A DNA stretch of 32,000 nt from Longivirga aurantiaca (GCF_042660085.1 NZ_JBHSTI010000008.1:480001-512000); one strand, 5' to 3'; shown: positions 8,843-16,608, numbered from the stretch's first letter. Made by a program: numbers and translations. The notes: a model not told the origin generated them from the letters alone.

Positions 8843-9313
8843 TCACCGCCCCGGCCGGGGCCTCCTGCCGCTGGGCGGTTGCGGGCGCCGTCCGCCACCA
8901 CGCGACGACGAGCCGGAGGGCCCAGGCACGAGGCGCCGCAGTGACTCCGGGAGCTCGCGCCAGTCGTCCGGCTCGAGCCACACGTGCTCGACCGTGCTGG
9001 CCCACACCCGGTCGGTGCGGCAGCGCTCGGCGATGAGGTCGGCGTAGTCCTCGGGGTGGTCGCTCAGCAGGTCCTCGATCGGGCCGGCGGCGACGTAGAC
9101 GCGGTGCGCGTGGTCGGCGTCGGGATCGTGGAGCATCTCGTCCAGCACCTCGATCGGGAGGCTGCCGTCGAGCACCGCACGGTTGACCGTCTCCCACGCC
9201 CACCAGTGGTCGGTGTCGGCACGACGGCGGTCGTTCGCACTGCCCCGGCTGAGCTCGTCGAACATGCGGTAGGACCACACGACCTCGTCCACCTGCTCGG
9301 CACTCCACATCAC
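8843..9313 (-). CDS. hypothetical protein (Trp/Asp-rich, acidic)
   Basis: The frame is GC3-rich through about residue 125. GAAGGA lies 7 nt upstream of GTG 9313. The last ~30 residues (PGPSGSSSRGGGRRPQPPSGRRPRPGR) use poorer codons and look like read-on to the first stop. Confidence 0.55.
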   Translation of the reverse strand: MMWSAEQVDEVVWSYRMFDELSRGSANDRRRADTDHWWAWETVNRAVLDGSLPIEVLDEMLHDPDADHAHRVYVAAGPIEDLLSDHPEDYADLIAERCRTDRVWASTVEHVWLEPDDWRELPESLRRLVPGPSGSSSRGGGRRPQPPSGRRPRPGR

Positions 9314-9434
9314 GGGTCGATCCTTCCCGACGGAGCCGTGCGTGGCGAGAGCCGCCCCGAGGTGCCGTGACGGAGGCCTGCCCGGAAGATGGGCGCGTCG
9401 GGGTGAGGGTCATCCCGGCGCAGGAGGCCACGGC

Positions 9435-9821
9435 ATGGGTGTGTTCACAGAGCAGGAGACCGACTACCTGCGCTCGCAGCGGATGGCCCGGATCGCGACG
9501 GCGTCGGCCACGGGTGCGCCCGACGTCGCCGCCGTCACGTTCGGGCTCGACGGCGACACGATCGTCACGGGGGGCTTCGACATCTCGCGGACGGTGCGCT
9601 ACCGGTTCCTGCTCGCCAACCCGCGCGCGGTCCTGGTCGTGGATGACCTCGCCACGGTCGATCCGTGGGCGCCGCGTGGCGTGAAGGTGCGTGGTGCCGC
9701 GGTGATCGAGGACCGCGACGGTCGCCAGCAGATCCGCATCACGCCCGAGGTCATCTGGACGTGGGGCCTCGATCAGGAAGGGCCGAGCCGCTTCCTCGGG
9801 GTGCAGCGCCGGGACGCCTGA
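9435..9821 (+). CDS. PPOX-class (pyridoxamine 5'-phosphate oxidase fold) probable F420-dependent oxidoreductase
   Basis: ATG 9435 is preceded by AGGAGG (9422-9427). The sequence FTEQETDYLRSQRMARIATASATGAPDVAAVTF....VVDDLATVDPWAPRGVKVRG follows the PPOX class F420 enzyme pattern. Confidence 0.8.
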   Translation: MGVFTEQETDYLRSQRMARIATASATGAPDVAAVTFGLDGDTIVTGGFDISRTVRYRFLLANPRAVLVVDDLATVDPWAPRGVKVRGAAVIEDRDGRQQIRITPEVIWTWGLDQEGPSRFLGVQRRDA

Positions 9822-9851
9822 CATCGCCGCCCGCGAGCGCGATGAGACGCG

Positions 9852-10736
9852 TCAGCGAGCGATGTCGGACAGCTCGGTGAGGAGCGCGTCGAGCGCATCG
9901 GCCGTGGCGCGCGGTGCCTCGGCCGCGGGGGAGTGGCCGGTGTCGGGCACGACGACGACGCGCGCGCCGACGGCCGAGGCGACGCGCTCCTGCTCGTCGG
10001 TGCTCCAGGCGTCGTCGTCCGGCCCGTACACCACGGCCACCTGCAGGTGACCGTCGCGGGCGAGCGCCGCGAGCTCGTCGGTGCGGTCGGGCGTTCCGAG
10101 CAGGATGCCGGCGGCCGCGCGCAGCTGGTACGGATTCGTCGCGAGGAAGCGCTCGCGCAGGAATGCCGCGACCTCCGGCGGCGGTGCCGGGACACCGGCC
10201 TCGCGGTCCTGCGACTCGCGTACGTCGAAGATCACCGACAGCGGGACGTGCGGCAGCGCGGCGTGCAGCGCGCCGAGGCCCTCGTGGTGCTGCGGCGGGA
10301 GCTGCGACGGCCCGGAGCAGAGCAGCGTGAGCGACCGGAAGGGGGCACCGCCGGAGGTGAGCACGGCCTCGCGGGAGACGAGCCCGCCGAAGGAGTGCCC
10401 CACCAGGTGCACGGGCTCGCCGATCCCGTCGACCACCTCGAGCAGGTCTCGGGCGAGCGAGGCCAGGGAGTAGGCCGCCTCGTCGTCGGGCCCGGCCGAC
10501 TCGTGCTGCCCGCGCTGGTCGAACGTGACGACGGCCCACCCATGGTGGGCGAGGGGCTCCAGGACCGCGACGAAGTCCTCCTTCGAGCCGGTGAACCCGG
10601 GGACCAGGACGACGGTCCCGCGGTGCTTGGTTCCCTCCTCCGGCTCGATCCGCCAGCCGGCCAGGGGGCCGCGGGACGTCGTGAGCGTCACACGGCGGGC
10701 GTTGGGCGGCAGGTCGAGGAACGGCGGGGTGCTCAC
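9852..10736 (-). CDS. alpha/beta hydrolase
   Basis: 294 aa. Nucleophile elbow HLVGHSFGG, plus a C-terminal PDTGH. GTG 10736 lies 7 nt downstream of TAGTCT on the minus strand. Confidence 0.85.
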   Translation of the reverse strand: MSTPPFLDLPPNARRVTLTTSRGPLAGWRIEPEEGTKHRGTVVLVPGFTGSKEDFVAVLEPLAHHGWAVVTFDQRGQHESAGPDDEAAYSLASLARDLLEVVDGIGEPVHLVGHSFGGLVSREAVLTSGGAPFRSLTLLCSGPSQLPPQHHEGLGALHAALPHVPLSVIFDVRESQDREAGVPAPPPEVAAFLRERFLATNPYQLRAAAGILLGTPDRTDELAALARDGHLQVAVVYGPDDDAWSTDEQERVASAVGARVVVVPDTGHSPAAEAPRATADALDALLTELSDIAR

Positions 10737-10743
10737 AAGCGGC

Positions 10744-10749
10744 AGACTA
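10744..10749 (-). promoter_or_regulatory. -10-like TAGTCT (minus strand), 7 nt before GTG 10736
   Basis: The plus strand reads AGACTA at 10744-10749. Confidence 0.45.
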
Positions 10750-10827
10750 CGGTCCGACAGCGGGGCTGCGGAGTGCCGGTCGGCTCATGCGCCGCCGAGC
10801 GCGCGCCGTACGACGGAGGGAGGGGTC

Positions 10828-11595
10828 ATGACACGCACCGTCGCGGTGGCGAGCCAGAAGGGCGGCGTCGGGAAGACGACGACCGTGGCCTCGCTCGGCG
10901 TCGCGCTCTCCGACCTCGGCGACGAGGTGCTGCTGGTGGACCTCGACCCGCAGGCCTGCCTGACGTTCTCCCTCGGCATCGACCCCGAGGACCTCACGCT
11001 CTCGATCCACGACGTGCTCGCCGGCTCGGTGCGGGCCCGCGAGGTGGTCACCGCCACCGAGGACGGCGTCGACCTGCTGCCCGCCTCGATCGAGCTCGCC
11101 CGCACCGAGGCCACGCTGCTCACCAGCGGACGGCGCGAGCACACGCTCGACGACGCGCTCGCCGAGCTGCGCGGCCACTACGACTGGATCCTGCTCGACT
11201 GCCCGCCGACCCTCGGCATCCTCACCGTCAACGCGCTCACCGCAGCCGATGACGTGATCGTGCCGCTGCAGTGCGAGACCCTCGCGCACCGGGGCGTGGG
11301 CCAGCTCGTCGAGACCGTCCGCGACGTCATGCGCACCACGAACCCGCGGCTGCGCATCAGCGGCATCCTCCCGACGATGTACGACGGCCGCACGGGCCAC
11401 GCCCGCGCCGTGCTCGCCGACGTCGTCGAGCGGTACGACGTACCCGTGCTCGAACCCCCCGTGCCGCGCTCGGTGCGCTTCGCCGAGGCGCCCGCGATCG
11501 GTCGGTCGGTGCTCGCGACCTCGCCGCACCTGCGCGGCTCCGACGCCTACCGCGTGCACGCCGCCCGCATGCACGCCGAGCTCACCCGCTCGTGA
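10828..11595 (+). CDS. ParA/Soj-family ATPase
   Basis: ATG 10828 follows GGAGGGAGGGG. Deviant Walker A VASQKGGVGKTTT, and ILLDCPP (Walker B-like). The track ORF starts at 10525, but the upstream part is non-native. Confidence 0.9.
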   Translation: MTRTVAVASQKGGVGKTTTVASLGVALSDLGDEVLLVDLDPQACLTFSLGIDPEDLTLSIHDVLAGSVRAREVVTATEDGVDLLPASIELARTEATLLTSGRREHTLDDALAELRGHYDWILLDCPPTLGILTVNALTAADDVIVPLQCETLAHRGVGQLVETVRDVMRTTNPRLRISGILPTMYDGRTGHARAVLADVVERYDVPVLEPPVPRSVRFAEAPAIGRSVLATSPHLRGSDAYRVHAARMHAELTRS

Positions 11596-11609
11596 TGGGA
11601 AGGATTGTT

Positions 11610-11669
11610 CGGCTCTATGGGATGAAGGCGACCATCATCCAATAGAGCCGTACAAACCGTCCCTTCATC
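11610..11669 (+). repeat. GATGAAGG-N33-CCTTCATC element, copy 1, with competing 15-bp hairpin
   Basis: GATGAAGG at 11621-11628 and CCTTCATC at 11662-11669. The stronger hairpin pairs 11610-11625 with 11635-11650 (one mismatch). Confidence 0.6.
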
Positions 11670-11696
11670 AAGACCGTGGGTGCGCTCAGAGAAGTA

Positions 11697-11728
11697 CGAA
11701 GGCCCCACCCGTGAGGGTGGGGCCTTCG
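11697..11728 (-). terminator. intrinsic terminator of the helicase gene (usable in both directions)
   Basis: Perfect 14-bp stem: CGAAGGCCCCACCC (11697-11710), loop GTGA, GGGTGGGGCCTTCG (11715-11728). It lies 16 nt after the helicase stop. On the minus strand it is followed by the T-rich TTCGTACTTCTCT. Confidence 0.75.
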
Positions 11729-11743
11729 TCGTACGGGTGGTGA

Positions 11744-13537
11744 CTACTCGGCTGCGGCAGCCTCGGTGGATGCGCCCTCGGGCGAGCCGCCCTCGGACTT
11801 GCCGCGACCGCGGCCGCCCCGGCGACGGCGACGGCGCGGGGCGCCGCCCTCGGCACCGCCGTCGGAGTCGCTCGCCTCGGAGGCCGGAGCCCCTTCGCTG
11901 CTCGCCGGCGTGACGGCCTTCTCGGCCGAGGGCGTGCCGGCCGTGCCCTCGGTGGACGAGCCCCCGCCGCGGGTGCGGCTCCGCTGGCGCGGCTCGCGAC
12001 GCGCGCGCGGCTCGGCGGCAGCGCCCTCGCCCTCGGCAGCGCCTTCGCCCTCGGGGCTCGGGTCGCGGTCGGCCCTGGGCCGGTCGTTGCGGTCCGAGCG
12101 GCCCTTGCCGTCTCGGCTGCCGTCGCGCCCGCTCTTGCCGTGCTTGTCGTCGCGTCCCTTGGGGCCCGACTTGTTGCGGCGGCCGGCGGACGCGCCGGTC
12201 TCGCCGAGGTCCTCGATCACCTCGGCGTCGAGGCCCTCGCGGGTGCGCGCCGACTTCGGCAGGCGGCCCTTGGTGCCCTCGGGGATGCCGAGGCCGGTGT
12301 AGAGGTGCGGGCTCGACGAGTAGGTCTCGATGGGCTCCTCGAACGGGAGGCCGAGCGCCTGGGCGATCATCTTCCAGCGGTGCAGGTCGTCCCAGTCGAC
12401 CATCGTGATCGCGACGCCGGAGTTGCCCGCCCGACCGGTGCGGCCGATGCGGTGGAGGTACATCTTCTCGTCCTCCGGGCACTCCCAGTTGATCACGTGG
12501 GTGACGTCGGCGACGTCGATACCTCGGGCCGCGACATCGGTGGCGACGAGGACGTCGACCTTGCCGTTGCGGAACGCGCGCAGCGCCTGCTCGCGGGCGC
12601 CCTGGCCGAGGTCACCGTGCACGGCGGCAGCGGCGAAGCCGCGCTCGACGAGGTCGTCGGCCACGCGCTGCGCGTTGCGCTTGGTGCGGCAGAAGATCAT
12701 CGTGAGGCCGCGTCCGTCGGCCTGCAGGATGCGGCCGAGCAGCTCGGGCTTGTCGAGGTTGTGGGCGCGCCACACGTGCTGCTCGATCGCGTCGACGGTG
12801 GAGTTCTCGTCGTCCGGGTTGATCGCGCGGATGTGCGTGGGCTGGCTCATGTAGCGGCGGGCCAGGGCGATGATCGAGCCCGGCATCGTGGCCGAGAACA
12901 GCATCGTCTGGCGCACCGGCGAGACCTGGGCGACGAGGCGCTCGACGTCGGGCAGGAAGCCCATGTCGAGCATCTCGTCGGCCTCGTCGAGGACGAGCGT
13001 CTTCACCTGGCCGAGCTTGAGGTGGCCCTGCTTCATGAGGTCGATGAGACGGCCGGGGGTGCCGACGACGACCTCGATGCCCTTCTCGAGCGCCTCGACC
13101 TGCGGCTCGTACGAGCGACCGCCGTAGACGCAGAGCACGCGGACGCCGCGCATGCGGCCCGCCTTCTGCAGGTCGCTGGCGACCTGGATGCCGAGCTCGC
13201 GGGTGGGGACGATGACGAGGGCCTGGGGGCGGCCCTTGACCTTGTCGTCCTGCTCGTCGAAGCCCTCGTCGGCCGGGGCGATGAGGCGCTGCAGCGCCGG
13301 GATGCCGAAGCCGAGGGTCTTGCCGGTTCCGGTCTTCGCCTGGCCGATGATGTCGGTGCCGGCGAGGGCCATCGGGAGCGTGAGCTCCTGGATGGGGAAG
13401 GCGGTGATGATGCCGTCGGCCGCGAGGGCCTCGACGGTCGCGGGGTGGACGCCGAGCTCGGCGAAGGTCTTGGGCTCGGCAGGGGCGTGGGCCTCGACGT
13501 CCGCAGGGGCGTCCGGCTCGATGCTGCTCATGGTCAT
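11744..13537 (-). CDS. DEAD-box ATP-dependent RNA helicase with Arg/Gly/Ser/Glu-rich C-terminal tail
   Basis: Motifs AKTGTGKT, DEAD (LVLDEADEMLD), SAT (LFSATMP) and HRIGRTGRAG. ATG 13537 (MTMSSIEP). The first 25 residues of the track ORF are upstream read-on. Confidence 0.95.
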   Translation of the reverse strand: MTMSSIEPDAPADVEAHAPAEPKTFAELGVHPATVEALAADGIITAFPIQELTLPMALAGTDIIGQAKTGTGKTLGFGIPALQRLIAPADEGFDEQDDKVKGRPQALVIVPTRELGIQVASDLQKAGRMRGVRVLCVYGGRSYEPQVEALEKGIEVVVGTPGRLIDLMKQGHLKLGQVKTLVLDEADEMLDMGFLPDVERLVAQVSPVRQTMLFSATMPGSIIALARRYMSQPTHIRAINPDDENSTVDAIEQHVWRAHNLDKPELLGRILQADGRGLTMIFCRTKRNAQRVADDLVERGFAAAAVHGDLGQGAREQALRAFRNGKVDVLVATDVAARGIDVADVTHVINWECPEDEKMYLHRIGRTGRAGNSGVAITMVDWDDLHRWKMIAQALGLPFEEPIETYSSSPHLYTGLGIPEGTKGRLPKSARTREGLDAEVIEDLGETGASAGRRNKSGPKGRDDKHGKSGRDGSRDGKGRSDRNDRPRADRDPSPEGEGAAEGEGAAAEPRARREPRQRSRTRGGGSSTEGTAGTPSAEKAVTPASSEGAPASEASDSDGGAEGGAPRRRRRRGGRGRGKSEGGSPEGASTEAAAAE

Positions 13538-13745
13538 GCGGTGGCGGTCTCCGTGATCGGGCCGCGGCGGGGCACAGGTCGCACGGTCGCGACGCGCGCC
13601 CGGCGAGTGCACGGTCCCGCGGGTCGGCAGCGTGCGCGCGACGCCTCACGGGACCCTGCCGCACGCTCCTCGAGGACGAGGAGGCCGTCGGCGGGCTGGT
13701 CACGGATGGAGTGATGGCAACGGCCGTGACCGGAAAGGACGCCTC

Positions 13746-13751
13746 AGTCTA
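13746..13751 (-). promoter_or_regulatory. -10-like TAGACT (minus strand) upstream of the helicase; implies a ~200-nt 5' UTR
   Basis: The plus strand reads AGTCTA at 13746-13751. It is the only TANNNT I saw in the 290-bp divergent region on this strand. Confidence 0.3.
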
Positions 13752-13817
13752 CCGCTCGGAGCACCGCAACCCGACCTCCGCGTGGCGGCTGGGCCCGCGA
13801 GGCGGCCCGGAGCCGCG

Positions 13818-13823
13818 TACGCT
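13818..13823 (+). promoter_or_regulatory. -10-like TACGCT, 6 nt before GTG 13830
   Basis: TANNNT at a fixed offset. It supports the shorter start for the ferritin-like gene. Confidence 0.5.
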
Positions 13824-13829
13824 CCGCCC

Positions 13830-14561
13830 GTGAGCGACGAGAACCTGCACCTGGTCGGCGACGACGAGCACCCCGCGACGCCCGCGTCGGCGCTCGTGGA
13901 CGACCCGCAGTACCGGGCCGGAGTGGTCGATCTCCTCGGGGTGCTCGCGTACACCGAGCTCGTGGCGTTCGAGCGCCTGGCGGCCGACGCCGCGCTCGCG
14001 CCGTCCATCTCGGACGAGGCCGCGCTGGCGTTCATGGCGACCGCCGAGATCCGGCACTTCACCCGGCTCGTCGAGCGGCTCTCGGACCTCGGGGTCGACC
14101 CGTGGGAGGCGATGGCGCCGTTCCAGGAGCCGCTCGCGGAGTTCCACGCGCAGACCGCACCCAGCGACTGGCTCGAGAGCCTCGTCAAGGCGTACGTCGG
14201 GGACGGGATCGCCACCGACTTCTACCGCGAGGTCGCCTCGCTGCTCGACGACGACTCGCGCTCGCTCGTGCTCGAGGTGTGCAGCGACACGGGCCACGCG
14301 AACTTCGCGGTGGCCACGGTGCGGGCGGCGATCGTGGCCGACCCGCGGCTGTCCGGCCGCCTCGCGCTCTGGGGACGCCGACTGGTCGGCGAGGCCATGC
14401 AGCAGGCCCAGCGCGTGGCCGCGGAGCGCGACGGCCTCTCGTCGCTGCTCGTCGGCGACGTCGATCGCGCGGGTTTCGGCCTCTCCGGACTGGGCGAGAT
14501 GTTCAACCGCCTCACCGAGGCCCACACCCAGCGGATGGCCACGCTGGGGCTGCAGGCCTGA
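13830..14561 (+). CDS. ferritin-like fold protein (MiaE-like superfamily)
   Basis: GTG 13830 lies 6 nt after TACGCT (13818-13823). The protein is helical with LAYTELVAFERLAADA and ATAEIRHFTRLVERL. It is transcribed divergently from the helicase. Confidence 0.72.
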   Translation: MSDENLHLVGDDEHPATPASALVDDPQYRAGVVDLLGVLAYTELVAFERLAADAALAPSISDEAALAFMATAEIRHFTRLVERLSDLGVDPWEAMAPFQEPLAEFHAQTAPSDWLESLVKAYVGDGIATDFYREVASLLDDDSRSLVLEVCSDTGHANFAVATVRAAIVADPRLSGRLALWGRRLVGEAMQQAQRVAAERDGLSSLLVGDVDRAGFGLSGLGEMFNRLTEAHTQRMATLGLQA

Positions 14562-14576
14562 CCCGCCAGGGGTCAG
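14558..14576. terminator. stop-codon-embedded hairpin between convergent genes
   Basis: CTGACCC (14558-14564) pairs with GGGTCAG (14570-14576), 5-nt loop. Both TGA stops lie in the stem. Confidence 0.4.
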
Positions 14577-14797
14577 TTGTTGCCGAAGCCGATGCGGCCG
14601 CGCTCGGTGGCGCCGATCTCGGCGTAGGCGATCTTGTCGCCGGGCACGACCACGGTCTTGCCCTTCTCGTCCGAGAGGGTCAGCGGGGTGCCCTTGTCGA
14701 TCGCGGCGGACACGAGGGCCACGACCTCCTCCTGCGTCTGCGCGCTCTCGAGCACGACCTCGCGGGCGGCCTGCTGCACGCCGATCTTGACCTCCAC
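14573..14797 (-). CDS. DUF3107 family protein
   Basis: 74 aa, MEVKIGVQQAAREVVLES...GATERGRIGFG. AGGAGG lies 8 nt upstream of GTG 14797. It is a small conserved actinobacterial protein next to TetR. Confidence 0.85.
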   Translation of the reverse strand: MEVKIGVQQAAREVVLESAQTQEEVVALVSAAIDKGTPLTLSDEKGKTVVVPGDKIAYAEIGATERGRIGFGNN

Positions 14798-14911
14798 CGC
14801 GGAGCCTCCTGGCTAGTTCGAGCATGAGTGCTTGCCGCGACCCTAACCGGGCGGGGGCGGTCGCTGCTTCCCCAGGGTGCCCGCGTACGCCGTGGGCGTA
14901 GAAGACCGGCG

Positions 14912-15547
14912 TCAGGCCGGGGGGTGCGACAGGGGGAAGTTCGAGATGCCGCGCCAGCCGAGGCTGCCGACCAGGCGTGCTGCCTCGGACTTCGGGATGC
15001 GGCCGGTCTCGCGGAGCCAGTGCCGCGCCGCGGTCTGCGCCATCCCGGTGAGTCCGGCGGCGAGCAGCATGGCCTCGGCCGCGGTGAGGCCGGTGTCCTC
15101 GGCGATCACGCGCGAGAGGGCCTCCGCGCACGAGTCGTTGACACGGTCGACCCGGGCCCGCACGGCCGCCTCGTTGGTGAGGTCGGACTCGAAGATGAGG
15201 CGGAACGCGCCGCCCGGGTCGTCGACGAAGTCGAAGTACGCCGCGACCGTCGCCGACACGCGGAGCTTGTTGTCGGTCGTGGAGGCCAGCGCGGCGTCCA
15301 GCGCGGCGAGGAGCGCGTCGGACGACTGGTCGAGCAGGGCGAGGTAGAGCTCGAGCTTGCCGGGGAAGTGCTGGTAGAGCACCGGCTTGCTGACCCCTGC
15401 GGCCTCGGCGATGTCGTCCATCGCGGCCGCGTGGTAGCCCTGGGCGACGAACACCTCGCGCGCGGCCTCGAGGAGCTGCGCCCGGCGCTCGCGACGCGGC
15501 AGGCGCTGACCACGGGACGAGGCTCGACCGTCCGACACGACTGACAT
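14912..15547 (-). CDS. TetR-family transcriptional regulator
   Basis: ATG 15547. HTH MDDIAEAAGVSKPVLYQHFPGKLELY. TAGGAT lies 7 nt upstream (leaderless geometry) and overlaps a palindrome. Confidence 0.9.
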   Translation of the reverse strand: MSVVSDGRASSRGQRLPRRERRAQLLEAAREVFVAQGYHAAAMDDIAEAAGVSKPVLYQHFPGKLELYLALLDQSSDALLAALDAALASTTDNKLRVSATVAAYFDFVDDPGGAFRLIFESDLTNEAAVRARVDRVNDSCAEALSRVIAEDTGLTAAEAMLLAAGLTGMAQTAARHWLRETGRIPKSEAARLVGSLGWRGISNFPLSHPPA

Positions 15548-15549
15548 GC

Positions 15550-15577
15550 GGGGGATCCTACCGATCGGTAATCCCCC
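15550..15577. promoter_or_regulatory. TetR operator candidate: core palindrome TACCGATCGGTA with outer GGGGGAT/ATCCCCC arms
   Basis: Perfect 12-bp palindrome at 15559-15570. The outer 7-nt inverted arms are at 15550-15556 and 15571-15577. It overlaps the minus-strand -10 TAGGAT (15560-15555) of the TetR gene. Confidence 0.6.
15555..15560 (-). promoter_or_regulatory. -10-like TAGGAT (minus strand), 7 nt before ATG 15547
   Basis: The plus strand reads ATCCTA. It overlaps the TetR palindrome. Confidence 0.5.
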
Positions 15578-15725
15578 CGGGGGGTTTCCCTCGCACGTGC
15601 TGCGCCGCAGAGCCGCTGCCGGTCCGGCGACCGGGGCCCGGTCGCGGCAGGCGTGCGCGCTGTGACACGGGGTCAGAACTGGCTCAGGGTGGCGCACCCA
15701 CCGCGCAACAATGCCGCTGCGTCCC

Positions 15726-15731
15726 TACGGT
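15726..15731 (+). promoter_or_regulatory. -10-like TACGGT, 7 nt before GTG 15739
   Basis: TANNNT at a fixed offset from an in-frame GTG. Confidence 0.4.
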
Positions 15732-15738
15732 GAAGGAC

Positions 15739-16608
15739 GTGCACAAGGAGGCCCGCGACGTCGCCCCGGCCCGTGCGGTCGAAGAGGCGCTCCGTGTCCT
15801 GCCCGGGGTGCTCGAGGCCTCGGTCTCGGTCGGGCTCGCGGACGACCAGGGCACGGAGGTGCACCTCGTCCTCGGCGACGACGGCGACCAGGCAGCGGTC
15901 GCCCACGCCGTCCACCGCATGCTGCAGCTCCAGTACGGCGTCGGGCTCGACCACGACGGCGTCGAGCTCGTGATGGACGTGACCGATGCAGCGGTCGCCC
16001 AGCCGCCCGGAGAGCCAGCCGGCGGCGCGGTGGGGGGCGCCTCGGCCGACGTGCTCGACCTCGGGGTCGAGATCGACGGCCTGCTCGCCCAGCTCGACCG
16101 CCGGTCCGGCCGGTCGTTCGAGGCGGACGTGCTCTCCGCTGCCGTGCGCCACCCGGCCGGTGCGACCCCCGTGCCCGAGCCGCGCGCCGCAGACCGGGCC
16201 ACGGACGAGGGCGCCGAGGTGCGGCTCTCCGTCACGCGGCTGTCGATCGTCGTCGACCGCCAGCGCGCCCATGCCGCCGTGACCCTCCGAGGGCCCGCTG
16301 GCGAGGTGCGCGGCACCGCCGACGCCGCCAGCGCCGACTCCGCGGTGCTCGAGGCGGTCGCGCTCGCCACGCTGCGGGCCCTCGCGAGCCTGCGTATCTG
16401 CGGCGACGAGTTCGGCGTGATCGCGGTGTCGACCCCGCACGTGGGCGACGTCGACGTCGCCGTCGTGCAGGTCGAGTGCCGCCGCCACCTCGGCACCGAC
16501 CGCCTCACCGGCGCCTCGGAGGTGCGTGACGACGTCCATCGCGCGGTGATCCGCGCGACGCTCGACGCCGTGAACCGCCGCCTGCGCCTGCTCACCCTGG
16601 CCCCCTGA
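15739..16608 (+). CDS. hypothetical acidic protein, two-domain, no family recognised
   Basis: The frame of track ORF 15730..16608 has nearly all G/C at third positions. The overlapping minus-strand ORFs are Arg/Pro-rich artefacts. GTG 15739 is preferred because TACGGT (15726-15731) lies 7 nt upstream. Confidence 0.6.
   Translation: MHKEARDVAPARAVEEALRVLPGVLEASVSVGLADDQGTEVHLVLGDDGDQAAVAHAVHRMLQLQYGVGLDHDGVELVMDVTDAAVAQPPGEPAGGAVGGASADVLDLGVEIDGLLAQLDRRSGRSFEADVLSAAVRHPAGATPVPEPRAADRATDEGAEVRLSVTRLSIVVDRQRAHAAVTLRGPAGEVRGTADAASADSAVLEAVALATLRALASLRICGDEFGVIAVSTPHVGDVDVAVVQVECRRHLGTDRLTGASEVRDDVHRAVIRATLDAVNRRLRLLTLAP

Noticed and set aside
8843-8935. Arg/Pro/Gly-rich C-terminal 30 residues of the hypothetical protein, considered as evidence of a frameshift or pseudogene.
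   Set aside because: There is no alternative frame with better coding signal and no internal stop. The simplest explanation is read-on to the first available stop codon in GC-rich DNA.
11596-11743. Riboswitch or attenuator, because of the mutually exclusive hairpins.
   Set aside because: No gene lies downstream on the plus strand (the next feature is the convergent helicase terminator). I recognise no known riboswitch consensus. I kept it only as a repeated structural element.
11744-12300. Low-complexity GC-rich DNA at the 3' end of the helicase gene, considered as a separate gene or a DNA repeat.
   Set aside because: It is in frame with the helicase and encodes an Arg/Gly/Ser/Glu-rich tail, a common disordered RNA-binding extension of DEAD-box proteins. 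It has no exact DNA periodicity.
14841-14885. Possible third, inverted copy of the 7208/28728 hairpin element (the minus strand reads GGCACCCTGGGGAAGCAGCGACC).
   Set aside because: The similarity needs several indels and covers only ~20 nt. The flanking arms do not match.
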